From positions 50,452-114,451 of the forward strand of contig JBKBON010000006.1 in NCBI GenBank assembly GCA_046294755.1: a DNA stretch of 64,000 nucleotides, read 5' to 3'. The notes under the pieces are model-generated. The model saw only the letters and a list, made by a program, of their open reading frames with translations, was not told where the DNA came from and ran no database searches. This document shows, in pieces, positions 41,123-51,296 of the stretch. A program made the position numbers and the translations under genes. Origin of the DNA: Allorhizobium sp. GTDB lineage: Bacteria > Pseudomonadota > Alphaproteobacteria > Rhizobiales > Rhizobiaceae. The first letter of the stretch is position 1; the number at the start of each line of letters is the position of its first letter.

Positions 41123-42325
41123 GTGATTTGCGCAACTGGATCCCCGGGCGCGAATTTGGAAACTGTCGCCACTTTGAGTCCGGTTGAACCAGAAAACGCC
41201 CGTATTGAGATTGAGGAGCTGCCGGACGGCAACGGCCGTCTGATTCGGCTCGCCGGTCGATGGAAAAACAACAGCGTGGGCGCTCTGGTGCGGACAACCG
41301 GTCCGCTGGTCGAGGCTGTCGGGCCAGGCGGCGAGACGATTGATCTTAGTGCCGTCTCCGAGATGGACACGGCCGGTGCCTGGCTGATCCGTCGGTTCGT
41401 CACCGAAAGGCGGGAGCGGGGCAGCGTTGTCGAGATCGTCGGTGGCACGCCAGCGATCCGCGAACTGATCGACGCGCTTCCCGAACATGTCTCCCCGCCC
41501 GAAAAGCCCGTCGACCGCCGCAGCCGTTTCGAGCGGATTTTTGAGCCCTTGGGCCGATTGACGGTGAGCCTTTGGGGTGATCTCGTCGCGATGATGTTCG
41601 TGCTGGGCTCGGCGGTGAGGGGTGCCCAGACCAAGCTTGGCCGTGGCGCCGGCGTGTCGCCGGCTTCGGTCGTCAACCAGCTCGATCACATGGGTGTGCG
41701 CGCGGTCCCGATCATCACGCTGATGTCCTTCCTGATCGGCGCCATCATCGCCCAGCAGGGGGCCTTCCAGCTACGCTATTTCGGTGCTGAAGTCTTTGTC
41801 GTCGATCTTGTGGGCATCCTCCAACTGCGCGAGATCGGCGTGCTTCTGACTGCGATCATGATCGCGGGGCGTTCGGGCAGTGCGATCACCGCTGAGATCG
41901 GGTCGATGAAGATGCGTGAGGAGATCGACGCGCTGAAGGTCATCGGCCTCAATCCGATCGGGGTGCTCGTCTTTCCACGTCTCGTGGCTCTGACCATAGC
42001 GCTGCCGCTTCTCACCATCGTCGCGAATTTCGCAGCGCTTTATGGGGCGGCCGTCGTCGCCTGGGCCTATTCGGGCATCACTTTCGACGTCTTCATCACG
42101 CGCCTGCATGAAGCCGTCGATTATTCGACACTGGCCACCGGCATGATCAAGGCGCCGTTCATGGCGCTGATCATCGGCATCATCGCCGCCGTTGAAGGCA
42201 TGAAGGTGGGCGGTAGCGCCGAATCACTCGGTCGGCACGTCACTGCATCCGTGGTAAAGTCGATCTTCGTCGTCATTCTCGTGGACGGGCTGTTTGCCAT
42301 GTTCTACGCAGCCATCGACTTCTGA
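41123..42325 (+). CDS. mlaE: MlaE-family lipid ABC permease with N-terminal STAS-like domain
   Basis: DLSAVSEMDTAGAWL (STAS-like); LREIGVLLTAIMIAGRSGSAITAEIGSMKMREEIDAL. Start codon uncertain (41123-41174). Confidence 0.9.
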   Translation: MICATGSPGANLETVATLSPVEPENARIEIEELPDGNGRLIRLAGRWKNNSVGALVRTTGPLVEAVGPGGETIDLSAVSEMDTAGAWLIRRFVTERRERGSVVEIVGGTPAIRELIDALPEHVSPPEKPVDRRSRFERIFEPLGRLTVSLWGDLVAMMFVLGSAVRGAQTKLGRGAGVSPASVVNQLDHMGVRAVPIITLMSFLIGAIIAQQGAFQLRYFGAEVFVVDLVGILQLREIGVLLTAIMIAGRSGSAITAEIGSMKMREEIDALKVIGLNPIGVLVFPRLVALTIALPLLTIVANFAALYGAAVVAWAYSGITFDVFITRLHEAVDYSTLATGMIKAPFMALIIGIIAAVEGMKVGGSAESLGRHVTASVVKSIFVVILVDGLFAMFYAAIDF

Positions 42326-42335
42326 GGGGGATCGG

Positions 42336-43145
42336 ATGAACAACAGATCCCCCAGAGAACGCGAGACCATCCTGTCGGTCAAGGATCTGACCGTCGGCTT
42401 TGGCGAGAAGATCGTCCTCGACAAGTTGAACCTCGACATCTACCGCGGCGAGATCCTCGGTTTCGTCGGGGCGTCGGGTGCCGGCAAGTCGGTTCTGATG
42501 CGTACGGTTCTACGCCTTCTGCCGCGCCGCTCCGGCAAAATCGAGATCCTCGGCGCGGATTATGATGCCGTCGACGACGCGCAGCGCATGACACTCGACA
42601 CACGTCTGGGGGTTCTTTTCCAGCACGGCGCCCTATTTTCCGCATTGACCGTGAAGGAGAACATCCAACTGCCGATGCGAGAATACCTGGATCTGCCGCA
42701 ATGGCTGATGGACGAGCTTGCCTATCTCAAGATCGAACTGGTCGGACTCCATCCCGATGCTGCGGACAAATACCCGTCGGAACTCTCCGGTGGCATGATC
42801 AAGCGCGCCGCACTGGCGCGTGCGCTGGCCCTCGATCCGGATCTCGTCTTCCTCGATGAGCCGACATCCGGCCTTGATCCGATCGGCGCGGCCGAATTCG
42901 ATGAACTCATCGCACAATTGCGCGATACTCTTGGATTGACGGTCTATATGGTGACCCACGATCTCGACAGTCTCTTTTCCGTCTGCGACCGTATTGCGGT
43001 GCTTGGGCAGAAAAAGGTGCTGGTGGAGGGGACACTGGACGACATGCTCGCCTTCGAGGATCCGTGGGTCAAATCCTATTTCAGGGGCAAGCGTGCCCGT
43101 TCCATTCCACAGGCGGAACCCTCCGCCGGCTATCCGGTAAAGTGA
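42336..43145 (+). CDS. mlaF: MlaF-family ABC ATP-binding protein
   Basis: GASGAGKS, FQHGALF, LSGGMIKR, FLDEPTSGLDP, VTHD. Confidence 0.93.
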   Translation: MNNRSPRERETILSVKDLTVGFGEKIVLDKLNLDIYRGEILGFVGASGAGKSVLMRTVLRLLPRRSGKIEILGADYDAVDDAQRMTLDTRLGVLFQHGALFSALTVKENIQLPMREYLDLPQWLMDELAYLKIELVGLHPDAADKYPSELSGGMIKRAALARALALDPDLVFLDEPTSGLDPIGAAEFDELIAQLRDTLGLTVYMVTHDLDSLFSVCDRIAVLGQKKVLVEGTLDDMLAFEDPWVKSYFRGKRARSIPQAEPSAGYPVK

Positions 43146-43148
43146 GTC

Positions 43149-44522
43149 ATGGAAACCAAAGCCAATTACGCCATAGTCGGATTTTTCACGATGCTGGTCA
43201 TCGGGGCCGCCTTTGGTTTCGTGTATTGGATGGCTGAATACGGTCGCGGTGGCGAGATGGCGCCTCTCGCCATCCGCATCCCCGGCTCGGCCAACGGCCT
43301 CAGCATTGGTTCGCCCGTGCGGTTCAACGGTATCTCCGTAGGCTCCGTACGGAACCTCTATATCGACAACGAAGACCCCAACTTCTCCGTAGCCTTCACC
43401 GAAATCCGTGCAGATGCGCCGGTAACATCGGGTACGAAGGCGGTGCTTGAAATTCAGGGCCTGACGGGTGCCGCCTATGTCGAGCTGACGGGCGGTGGAC
43501 CGGGTTCGGGCGAGGCAATCCTGAAGCGTGCGCTCGACACGGGAGAGCCTGCAATCCTGACGGCAGAACAATCCAGCGTCACAAATCTCTTGTCCACGGC
43601 CGACCGGATCCTGAAGCGAGCGGACGGTGCCGTGGCTGAACTGCAAGGCTTCATCGAGGATGCCCGCACGCCGCTGACGAATACCGTGCGCAATGCTGAA
43701 ACCTTCTCCCGGTCGCTCGCAGACAATGCAAAAGGGATCGACGAATTCCTCAAGAGTGTGAGCTCGCTTTCGGATTCGGTCTCCGGCCTCTCAGGTCGCC
43801 TCGATACGACGCTGGCTGCGGCTGAAGACTTGTTCAAGGCGCTGAACTCCGAAAAGATTGACCAGATCCTCGCCAATACCGAGCGCGCTACCGCAAGCTT
43901 CGCCGATGCTTCGGACAAGATCGGTCCGGCCATCGACAGCTTCCGGGAAACCGCGGATACGTTCCAGCGCTTTGGGACAAATGCCGACCAAACGCTGCAA
44001 AGGGTATCGCGGCTCATCGAGGCCGTGGACAGCCAGAAGGTCGGCAAGGTGGTGGACGATGTTTCCGTCGCTTCGGCTGATGTCCGTCGAGCGGTTGCCG
44101 GATTCCGTGAGCTTTCAGACAGCATCACCGGCCGTCGGCAGGACATCGACAAGGCAATCGACGACTTCACGCAGCTTGCCAATCGTCTGAACAATGCCTC
44201 TACCCAGGTGGACGGCATTCTGCAAAAGGTCGACAGCTTCCTGGGCTCCGGCGACGCGAATTCGCTCAGCGTGGAGGCTCGCCGGACGCTCGAGTCGATC
44301 CGGCTTGCCGCGGAAAACGTCAATGCCCGCATTGGCCCGATCGCCGAAAACTTCCAGCGCTTTTCCACCACAGGCCTGCGTGACATCCAGACGCTGGTCA
44401 ATGACACGCGCCAGACTGTCCGAGGCCTGAACGACGCGATTACCAATTTTGACCAGAACCCGCAGCGCCTCATCTTCGGCGGCGACACGGTCAAGGAATT
44501 TGATGGACGGACACGCCGATGA
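43149..44522 (+). CDS. mlaD: MCE-domain (MlaD-like) protein with a long helical extension
   Basis: METKANY TM anchor, GLSIGSPVRFNGISVGSV MCE domain, about 300 aa of helical repeats, C-terminal NPQRLIFG. Confidence 0.9.
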   Translation: METKANYAIVGFFTMLVIGAAFGFVYWMAEYGRGGEMAPLAIRIPGSANGLSIGSPVRFNGISVGSVRNLYIDNEDPNFSVAFTEIRADAPVTSGTKAVLEIQGLTGAAYVELTGGGPGSGEAILKRALDTGEPAILTAEQSSVTNLLSTADRILKRADGAVAELQGFIEDARTPLTNTVRNAETFSRSLADNAKGIDEFLKSVSSLSDSVSGLSGRLDTTLAAAEDLFKALNSEKIDQILANTERATASFADASDKIGPAIDSFRETADTFQRFGTNADQTLQRVSRLIEAVDSQKVGKVVDDVSVASADVRRAVAGFRELSDSITGRRQDIDKAIDDFTQLANRLNNASTQVDGILQKVDSFLGSGDANSLSVEARRTLESIRLAAENVNARIGPIAENFQRFSTTGLRDIQTLVNDTRQTVRGLNDAITNFDQNPQRLIFGGDTVKEFDGRTRR

Positions 44523-45184
44523 CGAGCATCACCCGGAAGGATGACAGAATGGACATGACCGTCGTCAGCGTCTTCGCCGATCTGGCAAGGGTTCGGCGTT
44601 TGCTTCTGGCTTCAGTGCTTGCACCCGGCCTCTCGCTGGGGCTTGCAAGCTGTGGCTCCAAGGCGAGCAACGACACGTTTGATCTGACCGCGTCGGTGAG
44701 CGAAGTTGCCACCGCCGCAAGCGCCCGCAATAGACAGTTGCTGGTTGCAGATCCGTCCGCGCTCAAGGCCCTAGACAGCGAGCAGATTCTGGTGCGGGTG
44801 TCCGGCGCTGAGATCCGCTATCTCTCACAATCGCAGTGGAGCGACCGTCTGACGCGCGTCGTGCAGTCGAAGCTTGTGGAAGCCTTCGAGAACACCGGAC
44901 GTCTTGGCGGCGTCGGCCGACCGGGGCAGGGGCTTGCCATTGACTATCAGCTGATTACAGATGTCCGCTCCTTCGAGATTGCCGCCGAAGGTACCGATCG
45001 TGGCGTGGTAGAGATCTCCGCGAAGCTTCTCAACGACCGCAATGGGACTGTAAAGGCACAGCGGGTGTTCCGCGCAGAAGTGCCATCCTCGGGGTCGGAT
45101 AGTTCAGCTTATGTGACTGCTTTGGACCGTGCCTTCGCGCGCGTCACCGCAGATATGGTCGCCTGGACGCTGCAATCGATCTGA
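44519..45184 (+). CDS. ABC-type transport auxiliary lipoprotein (PqiC-like)
   Basis: Lipobox LASC; QWSDRL motif; last gene of the mce operon. The start may be ATG 44549. Confidence 0.85.
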   Translation: MTSITRKDDRMDMTVVSVFADLARVRRLLLASVLAPGLSLGLASCGSKASNDTFDLTASVSEVATAASARNRQLLVADPSALKALDSEQILVRVSGAEIRYLSQSQWSDRLTRVVQSKLVEAFENTGRLGGVGRPGQGLAIDYQLITDVRSFEIAAEGTDRGVVEISAKLLNDRNGTVKAQRVFRAEVPSSGSDSSAYVTALDRAFARVTADMVAWTLQSI

Positions 45185-45213
45185 GGCACCAGCCATCCGA
45201 AATTGAACAGAAG

Positions 45214-45249
45214 AAACCCCGGATCATCATGGATGATCCGGGGTTTTTT
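45214..45249. terminator. Bidirectional intrinsic terminator between the mce operon and gpr
   Basis: AAACCCCGGATCATC-ATG-GATGATCCGGGGTTT; a second hairpin with a C(UUCG)G loop on the minus strand lies at 45261-45280. Confidence 0.88.
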
Positions 45250-45291
45250 CTTGCTTTTCTGGAGCCGCCGAAGCGGCTCCGGGATCTCTCG

Positions 45292-48200
45292 TCAATTGAA
45301 GCGGCCAGCCGCGTGGGCGAGCATAGTGTAGACCTTGCCCGTATCCGAGGTCAGGTAGGACTGGGTGATCGACTTGTCGCGATCGGTCCGAGCCACATCC
45401 GCCAGCAGCTTTTCGAAATCGGCAATGTAACGATCGACGGCAACGCGGAACTCCGGTTCACGGTCATACTTGCGCTTGATCTCGTCGAAGGTCTGCTGAC
45501 CCTTCAGCGTGTAGAGACGACGGGTGAAAATGTCGCGCTCGCCCCGCTGGTAGCGGCGCCACAGATCGACCGAGGCGTCGTGATCGATCGCACGGGCGAT
45601 GTCGACCGACAGCGAGTTGAGCGATTCCACCATGTGCCGCGGATTGCGGGTGTCACCCTGGCGGGCCGGCTGGCTTTCCGCGACCGGACGCTGGGGCGCG
45701 GGCGCCGGACGGGCAGGGGCAGGCGTTTCGGCAGGCTCTTCGCGCGAAGCTCCGCGCAGCAGATCGCTGATCCAGCCGCCACCTTCGGCGCGTGTGGTGG
45801 GCGCCGTGGACTGACCATAGCTCTCGGTGGCACCGAGGCTTCCGCGCAGGCCAAAGCCTTCGGTTGGACGCGCTTGCGGCTGCGGCTGCTGTGCTACCGG
45901 CTGACGACGGGCTGGCTCAGGTTGAGCCTCGGCAAGGCGGCGGGCGACCGGCTCTGAGATCTCCAGTGTCTGGCTGGTGCGGCCCACGAGCTGCGAAATG
46001 TCCTGCAGCGCCTTGATCTGTTCGGCCACGGCGCGCCGCATCTGGGCAGCGCTTTCCTTGGCTTCTTCGGGCAGATCGAACGCGCCGCGCTTCAGTTCGT
46101 TGCGTGTCAGGTCGAGCTCCTTGCGGATATCGACAGCAGAGCGGCGGATTTCGTCGGTGGCGCCGCTGAAGCGTGCGACGGCATCTTGCACGGCCTCCTG
46201 CATCGCTTCCCGCAGTGCAGCCGCCGCACCTTCGGACTTGCGACCGGCCTCACCGAGAAGACGGTCGATGTCGCTGAGCGAAACGGCCAGGCCACCACGC
46301 AGACGGTTCGCAAGTTCGCCAGAGCGCTTCTCGGCTTCCGTCAGCGTCTTGTCGATCGACTGCTGGGCTTCCTGCTCGGCCGACAGAAGGGCATTGCGCA
46401 TGTTGGCGGCGGTGACCTGTGCCTTCTTCTCGGTTTCGCTGAGCACCTGGCCAATGTCCGAGAAGGAGGCCTGGACGCTCTGGCGCAGGTTACCGGCCAT
46501 CTGCCCGGACCGCTGTTCTGCTCGTTCGAAGGCAGACTCGACCATTTTGCCGAGGCCCTGCATGGTGTTCTCGATTTCTTCCGAGCGCTTGACCAGACCG
46601 ATAGACAGGTCGCGCAGGGCCTGCTGACGCTCTTCAAGCGTGCCGACAAGGTTCGACTGGGCCGCGGAGAGCAGTTCGGAGGCCTTTCCGAGGACCTGGG
46701 TATGGTCGCCGAAACGGCTGACGATGGAGGAGACCTGCTGCAGCGTCTGGCCGGACACTGCCGTGAGGCGACCGAGCTTGTCGTCGAGCAGGCGATTGGA
46801 GGTCGACAGCATGTCCGTTGCCTGATTGGCCGTCTCGCTGAAGCGGTTCGCGGTGGCCCCCAGGCGGCTGTCGAGCGAGCCGATGCTCTGCACGGCCTGG
46901 TCAATCATGGAGGACAAACCGGCATTGCTGTCACCAAGGCGTTCAATGAGCTGCGATGCGCTGGCGACGAGGTTCTGCTCGGCAGTTCCAAGTGTTGAAA
47001 CAGCCTGTTCGGTGCGCTGGCTGATTGCGTCGACTAGGGCCGCGTTCTCGCTGCGCAGGCGCTCGGCGCTTTGTTCGGCAGCGGCCGTAATCTGTTCGGC
47101 AGCGATGCGACCCGTTTCGGCATAGGAAGCGACCACCGGGGCGGCTTTCTCGTCGATCAAACGAGACAGCTCGGCCGAGCGAGTCGAAAGCATCGAGTTC
47201 AATTCGCGGGTGCGGTCGTCGAGGACCGAACGGATTGAGTTACCGCGTGCTTCAAGCGCCTTTTCGACGGCATTCATGGTGACGGCAAGTTCCTGCGTGT
47301 TGCCGGAAATCGCATCACGGATGGCGGCAGCACGCTGCTCAAGGGTGGAGCTGACGTCGCCGAGAGTCCCCGAGAGATTGGCGACCTGGGCGCTGACGAG
47401 GGCCTCGGCTTCCGAAACCTTGTTGCTGATGACATCGCCGGCCTGAGAGAAGGTCTGGGCAATCGATGCAGCCTGACCGGCCAGACGGTTCTGGGTGTCG
47501 GTGATGCGTTTTGCCAGTTCTTCGGAACGCTCCTCGACGGTGCGGTTCAGCTCGGCGCTGCGTTCCCCGATCTGTTCGGCAAACTGCGTCGTGGTGGCTG
47601 TCAGGCGATCCACCGAACGCTGAGCTTCGGCGTCGAGATCGCGGGCAGCGTCTGTCACGGCGCTCCGCAGGGCCGTTGCCAGTCCTGCGGCCTTGCCCTC
47701 GATGGTCCGGTTGACATTCTCAAGGCCGATGGTGAGGGCGCGGTCCATGGTTGCAAGCCGCTCTTCGATCACCGGTGTGCGGGTGTCGAAGGTCTCGGCG
47801 ACACGGCTGGTGCCTTCGTCGAGGGCCTGGGCAACGCGCATGGATGCTTCGTTGCCGACACGCTCGATCGCCGCGACCTTGTCGTCGAGGCGGGCGGCAA
47901 ATTTCTCCCCGGCGTCATTGACGCGCGCATCGACGCCATCGAGACCGTTGCGAAGACGGTCTTCAAGCGTGCCGAGGCTCTGTTCGATGCGGGTGCTGGT
48001 CTCGTCGAGACGGCTGGTCATGCCGGAGACCGACTGCTCGACGGTGCCGGAGAAGCCTTGTGCCGAGCGAGTGATGTCGTCGGCGGCGTCGCGAATCTGT
48101 TCCGTCAGCGCGCCCGCTGTTCCGCGCAGACGTTCATCAAGGGCGCGGCTGCTGTCGTCTATCGCCTTGCGCAGAGTCTCCTCGTGATCTTCAAGGCTCA

Positions 48201-50823
48201 TTTCGAGCATGCTGGCGCTGGCGGCGACAGAGGCGCCGATGGACGTGGCGTGTTCACTGAGGCTTGTTTCAAGCGCGTTGCGGGCATCGTCGAGCGTCAA
48301 GGCGATGGCCTGACTGCGGTCGTCGAGGGTGGCGCGGATGCGCTCATGGGTGTCGACCAGACGATTATCGATGTCGCGTACGCCGCCATCCACCGTGTCG
48401 GCGATACGGTTCGTTCCGTCGCCAAGCGTCCGGGCGATTTCTGCGGCGGCGGTCTCCAAAGAGGTCCGCAGGCCTTCGCTGGTGCCGGCGAGCTTGCCGT
48501 CGATCTCGCTGATGCCGGACGAGAGGGTCTCGGCAATGCGGCTCGATGTCTGGCCAAGGCTGCGTTCAATATCGGTGCTGGCGTCCTCGAGGGTCGAGGC
48601 CAGATAAGAGGTGTGGCTGGCCAGCGAAAGTTCGAGACGCTCCTGATTTTCGCCATAGGCGTTGCGGATGGTCTCAGCCTTCTCCGCAAAGGCCGTCTCG
48701 ATGCGGCGATCGGCGTCGGCGACAGTGTCGATGATCGCGGAGGCACGCTGGCTAAGCGTCTCGTCGATGCGTCGCTGGCCGTCGTTCAGCGTTTCCGTAA
48801 GGTCCTGGGTGCGTGCCGTCAGCGTCAGGTCAAGTTCGAGGCTCTTTGTGTTGAGCGCATCGATGAGGGTCTCACTCTGTCCCTCGACGAGGGCGGCGAT
48901 GCCCCGGGCCTTGACGTCGAGGGTCTCGGCGAAGCGATCCTGGTTGGCTTCGAGCGCGTTGACAATATGCTCGGCACGGCTCGACAGCGTCTGCTCGAAA
49001 CGCGCCTCGTTGTCGGTGAGTGCGTTATAGAGCGAGCCGCTGCGCTCTTCCATGACCTGGTCAATGCGCTTCTGGGCCGTTTCCAGACTCTCGGTCAGGG
49101 CTGCCGCACGTGCGGACATGGCGTCCGCGATCTCCTGCGCCCGTTCGGACATCGAGTTGTCCAGCATCTCCTGGCTGGTGCTGAGCGTCATGGCAAGGGC
49201 CAGCGACTGGTCGGTCAAGGTGGAACCCAGGCGTTCGATGCTGGTGCTCAGGATGCCGCTGATGGAATCCGTTCCGCCGTTCACTGTCTCATTGATCCGG
49301 GCGAGGCTTTCCATCAGCTTGGAATCAAGGGTACCGGATCGCTGATCGAAGGCGCTGGCAAATTCGGCCACACGCTGGTCGAAGGTCGCGTTGATCTGGC
49401 CGATTGTCGTCTGGAAGCGATCTTCGAACAGACCCGAACGCAGGTCGAGATCGACAATGGCGTCGTCGGCGCTCGCCTGGAGGCTCTGGCGGAAGCTGCG
49501 GCCGCGTTCGTCCAGAGAGCTGTTGAGCCGCGAGAGGACGTCGTCGAGCGACGAACTGATCGAGCTTTCGCTGCCCTTCAGCGTCTCGGCAATATCGCGG
49601 GTCCGCTCGACAAGGGTTTCGTTCAGCTGGCGCGCGCGCTCATTAAGGGCGGCGTTGAGCTTTTCGGTGTTGGCGTCGAGCGTAGATGCCCGGGTCTCGA
49701 ATTCGCCCAGCAATTCGCGACCGCGCTCGCTGAGTGTCGAGGTCATGGTCCGCAGCTGCGTATCGAACTCGTTGGAGAGCGACATGCCCGAAGCGGCCAG
49801 CGTCTGGACCATGTTTTCGGTCTTGTGGGACAGAAGCGAGCCAAGGGCGTTAACCGCCGCGTCGGATTTCTCCATGATCGTCGCAGCGCGCATGTCGATC
49901 ATCGAGGCGAAAGCTTCACCCGAGGTTTGCAGACGGACCGAGATCTCTTCGGTTGCCAGCGACAGCTCTTCTTTCAGCTGCTCGTGGGCGCCGACGATCG
50001 ACGAACGGATCCGTTCGGCATGATTGACGATTGCATCGCGCTCGGAGCCAAGTTCGTGGACGAGGCCGCGTACGCGCAGTTCGTTGTCGGTGTAGCTGCG
50101 CTCGAGCGCCGTGACCTCGGAATGAACGAGCGTCTCGAGCTCCGTCGCGCGGGCGATGGTGCGCTCGATGCCTTCATTCATCGCGGAGACTTCGCGGCGC
50201 ACGGCCTGCCCCACGGTCATGATGCGTTCGGAGGCGATGGTTTCCGGCTCGGCCAGACGAAGCGCGACTTCAGCCATGGAGCGAGCGGCGTTGCGCAGGT
50301 CATGGGCGCGGGCCATCATGATCGCGAAGGCAAAGAACAGCATGATCGGCAGGAAGGTGCCGACAACAATGGCGACGACGCCGGGCATGGCGACAATGTC
50401 GGCTACCGTATCGGCTTGCCAGAACGCGCTGCCATACAGGAGCTGTGTGAGACCAAGGGCGCCGAGGACCCAGAGTGCCGAAACGACCGCGGCATTGCGG
50501 AGGGCTGACGTGAGCGAGGCCCCGTCCAGTGACTTGAGGATCGCCGAAGGCGCGCGGCGTGAACCATCATTCGCCGGCGAGAACGCGGGTGCCTTGGGGG
50601 CCGGTTCCGGATTGAGCTCGGTGGCGCGTGCGGAACGGCGCTCTATGGTCTTCTTCGACGCAGAACGCGGGGTACTATCTGACACAGGGGCCTCCGGGGC
50701 GTGCGCTTGGGTCCGAGCCTTGGCAGGCGCGGCGGCTTCCTCGCCGTCGAAATCGATGCTCAGGGCCGCCTCGAGAGCCTGAAACGCGTTCTCGTCAATC
50801 GAGTCGGTCTTCTTATTCGCCAT
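45292..50823 (-). CDS. rgsE: Growth-pole ring protein GPR/RgsE (apolipoprotein-like polar growth scaffold)
   Basis: 1843 aa; two N-terminal TM helices; about 1500 aa of amphipathic helical repeats; conserved C-terminus SLSVDIARAIDH...FTRRLYT...YLTSDTGKVYTMLAHAAGR; neighbours Hpt, fdx, fol and cckA as in Agrobacterium/Sinorhizobium. Confidence 0.88.
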   Translation of the reverse strand: MANKKTDSIDENAFQALEAALSIDFDGEEAAAPAKARTQAHAPEAPVSDSTPRSASKKTIERRSARATELNPEPAPKAPAFSPANDGSRRAPSAILKSLDGASLTSALRNAAVVSALWVLGALGLTQLLYGSAFWQADTVADIVAMPGVVAIVVGTFLPIMLFFAFAIMMARAHDLRNAARSMAEVALRLAEPETIASERIMTVGQAVRREVSAMNEGIERTIARATELETLVHSEVTALERSYTDNELRVRGLVHELGSERDAIVNHAERIRSSIVGAHEQLKEELSLATEEISVRLQTSGEAFASMIDMRAATIMEKSDAAVNALGSLLSHKTENMVQTLAASGMSLSNEFDTQLRTMTSTLSERGRELLGEFETRASTLDANTEKLNAALNERARQLNETLVERTRDIAETLKGSESSISSSLDDVLSRLNSSLDERGRSFRQSLQASADDAIVDLDLRSGLFEDRFQTTIGQINATFDQRVAEFASAFDQRSGTLDSKLMESLARINETVNGGTDSISGILSTSIERLGSTLTDQSLALAMTLSTSQEMLDNSMSERAQEIADAMSARAAALTESLETAQKRIDQVMEERSGSLYNALTDNEARFEQTLSSRAEHIVNALEANQDRFAETLDVKARGIAALVEGQSETLIDALNTKSLELDLTLTARTQDLTETLNDGQRRIDETLSQRASAIIDTVADADRRIETAFAEKAETIRNAYGENQERLELSLASHTSYLASTLEDASTDIERSLGQTSSRIAETLSSGISEIDGKLAGTSEGLRTSLETAAAEIARTLGDGTNRIADTVDGGVRDIDNRLVDTHERIRATLDDRSQAIALTLDDARNALETSLSEHATSIGASVAASASMLEMSLEDHEETLRKAIDDSSRALDERLRGTAGALTEQIRDAADDITRSAQGFSGTVEQSVSGMTSRLDETSTRIEQSLGTLEDRLRNGLDGVDARVNDAGEKFAARLDDKVAAIERVGNEASMRVAQALDEGTSRVAETFDTRTPVIEERLATMDRALTIGLENVNRTIEGKAAGLATALRSAVTDAARDLDAEAQRSVDRLTATTTQFAEQIGERSAELNRTVEERSEELAKRITDTQNRLAGQAASIAQTFSQAGDVISNKVSEAEALVSAQVANLSGTLGDVSSTLEQRAAAIRDAISGNTQELAVTMNAVEKALEARGNSIRSVLDDRTRELNSMLSTRSAELSRLIDEKAAPVVASYAETGRIAAEQITAAAEQSAERLRSENAALVDAISQRTEQAVSTLGTAEQNLVASASQLIERLGDSNAGLSSMIDQAVQSIGSLDSRLGATANRFSETANQATDMLSTSNRLLDDKLGRLTAVSGQTLQQVSSIVSRFGDHTQVLGKASELLSAAQSNLVGTLEERQQALRDLSIGLVKRSEEIENTMQGLGKMVESAFERAEQRSGQMAGNLRQSVQASFSDIGQVLSETEKKAQVTAANMRNALLSAEQEAQQSIDKTLTEAEKRSGELANRLRGGLAVSLSDIDRLLGEAGRKSEGAAAALREAMQEAVQDAVARFSGATDEIRRSAVDIRKELDLTRNELKRGAFDLPEEAKESAAQMRRAVAEQIKALQDISQLVGRTSQTLEISEPVARRLAEAQPEPARRQPVAQQPQPQARPTEGFGLRGSLGATESYGQSTAPTTRAEGGGWISDLLRGASREEPAETPAPARPAPAPQRPVAESQPARQGDTRNPRHMVESLNSLSVDIARAIDHDASVDLWRRYQRGERDIFTRRLYTLKGQQTFDEIKRKYDREPEFRVAVDRYIADFEKLLADVARTDRDKSITQSYLTSDTGKVYTMLAHAAGRFN

Positions 50824-51124
50824 GGGTTACGCCTCGTTACCGCTTACTCTCGGTCGGAGGACTTTGACAATTCGATGCCGCTCATCGCATTGCGCCGTAC
50901 CGATCCTACCGTTCACTTGAGTTCCCGTCTGCCGCCACGCCAGACGAAACCTCTTTTCATCGCAGTTGGGCTTCTCGCTGCCGGCGTTCCCGCCGGAAGT
51001 TCTAGCACCGACTGGCTTGCGGGCAAAGTTCACGCACTTTTGCCCAATCAACCGTATCGTACTGACACATTTGGCCATGTCATACAATTAACGCGCTTCC
51101 GGCGGCCCCGCACCTGTGGCTCTT

Positions 51125-51195
51125 GTTAACAGTATTTCAATCAAGGTTTCGGCCGAAAAGCCAGTCGGCGCCGAGGTTTAATTCGCGTTAACCAT
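51125..51195. promoter_or_regulatory. Two CtrA-like boxes in the gpr/hpt divergent promoter
   Basis: TTGA-aatactg-TTAAC on the minus strand (51125-51140) and TTTA-attcgcg-TTAACCAT on the plus strand (51177-51195). Confidence 0.6.
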
Positions 51196-51296
51196 AGTGC
51201 GAGCTTTTTCGGGCGGTCCCCGGCATTTTTAACGAGATGCCCATGGCGGCGCCGCAAAATCGCGTCACCAAAAACAAGAAAACAAGGAATAGCGGC

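Noticed and set aside
48058-50508. 816-aa plus-strand ORF and other ORFs inside gpr
   Set aside because: Antisense shadows of gpr with no recognisable domains.
50827-51087. 86-codon ORF ending just before the gpr start (possible uORF)
   Set aside because: No clear SD and atypical composition; the region is better explained as a structured leader. Ribo-seq could revive it.
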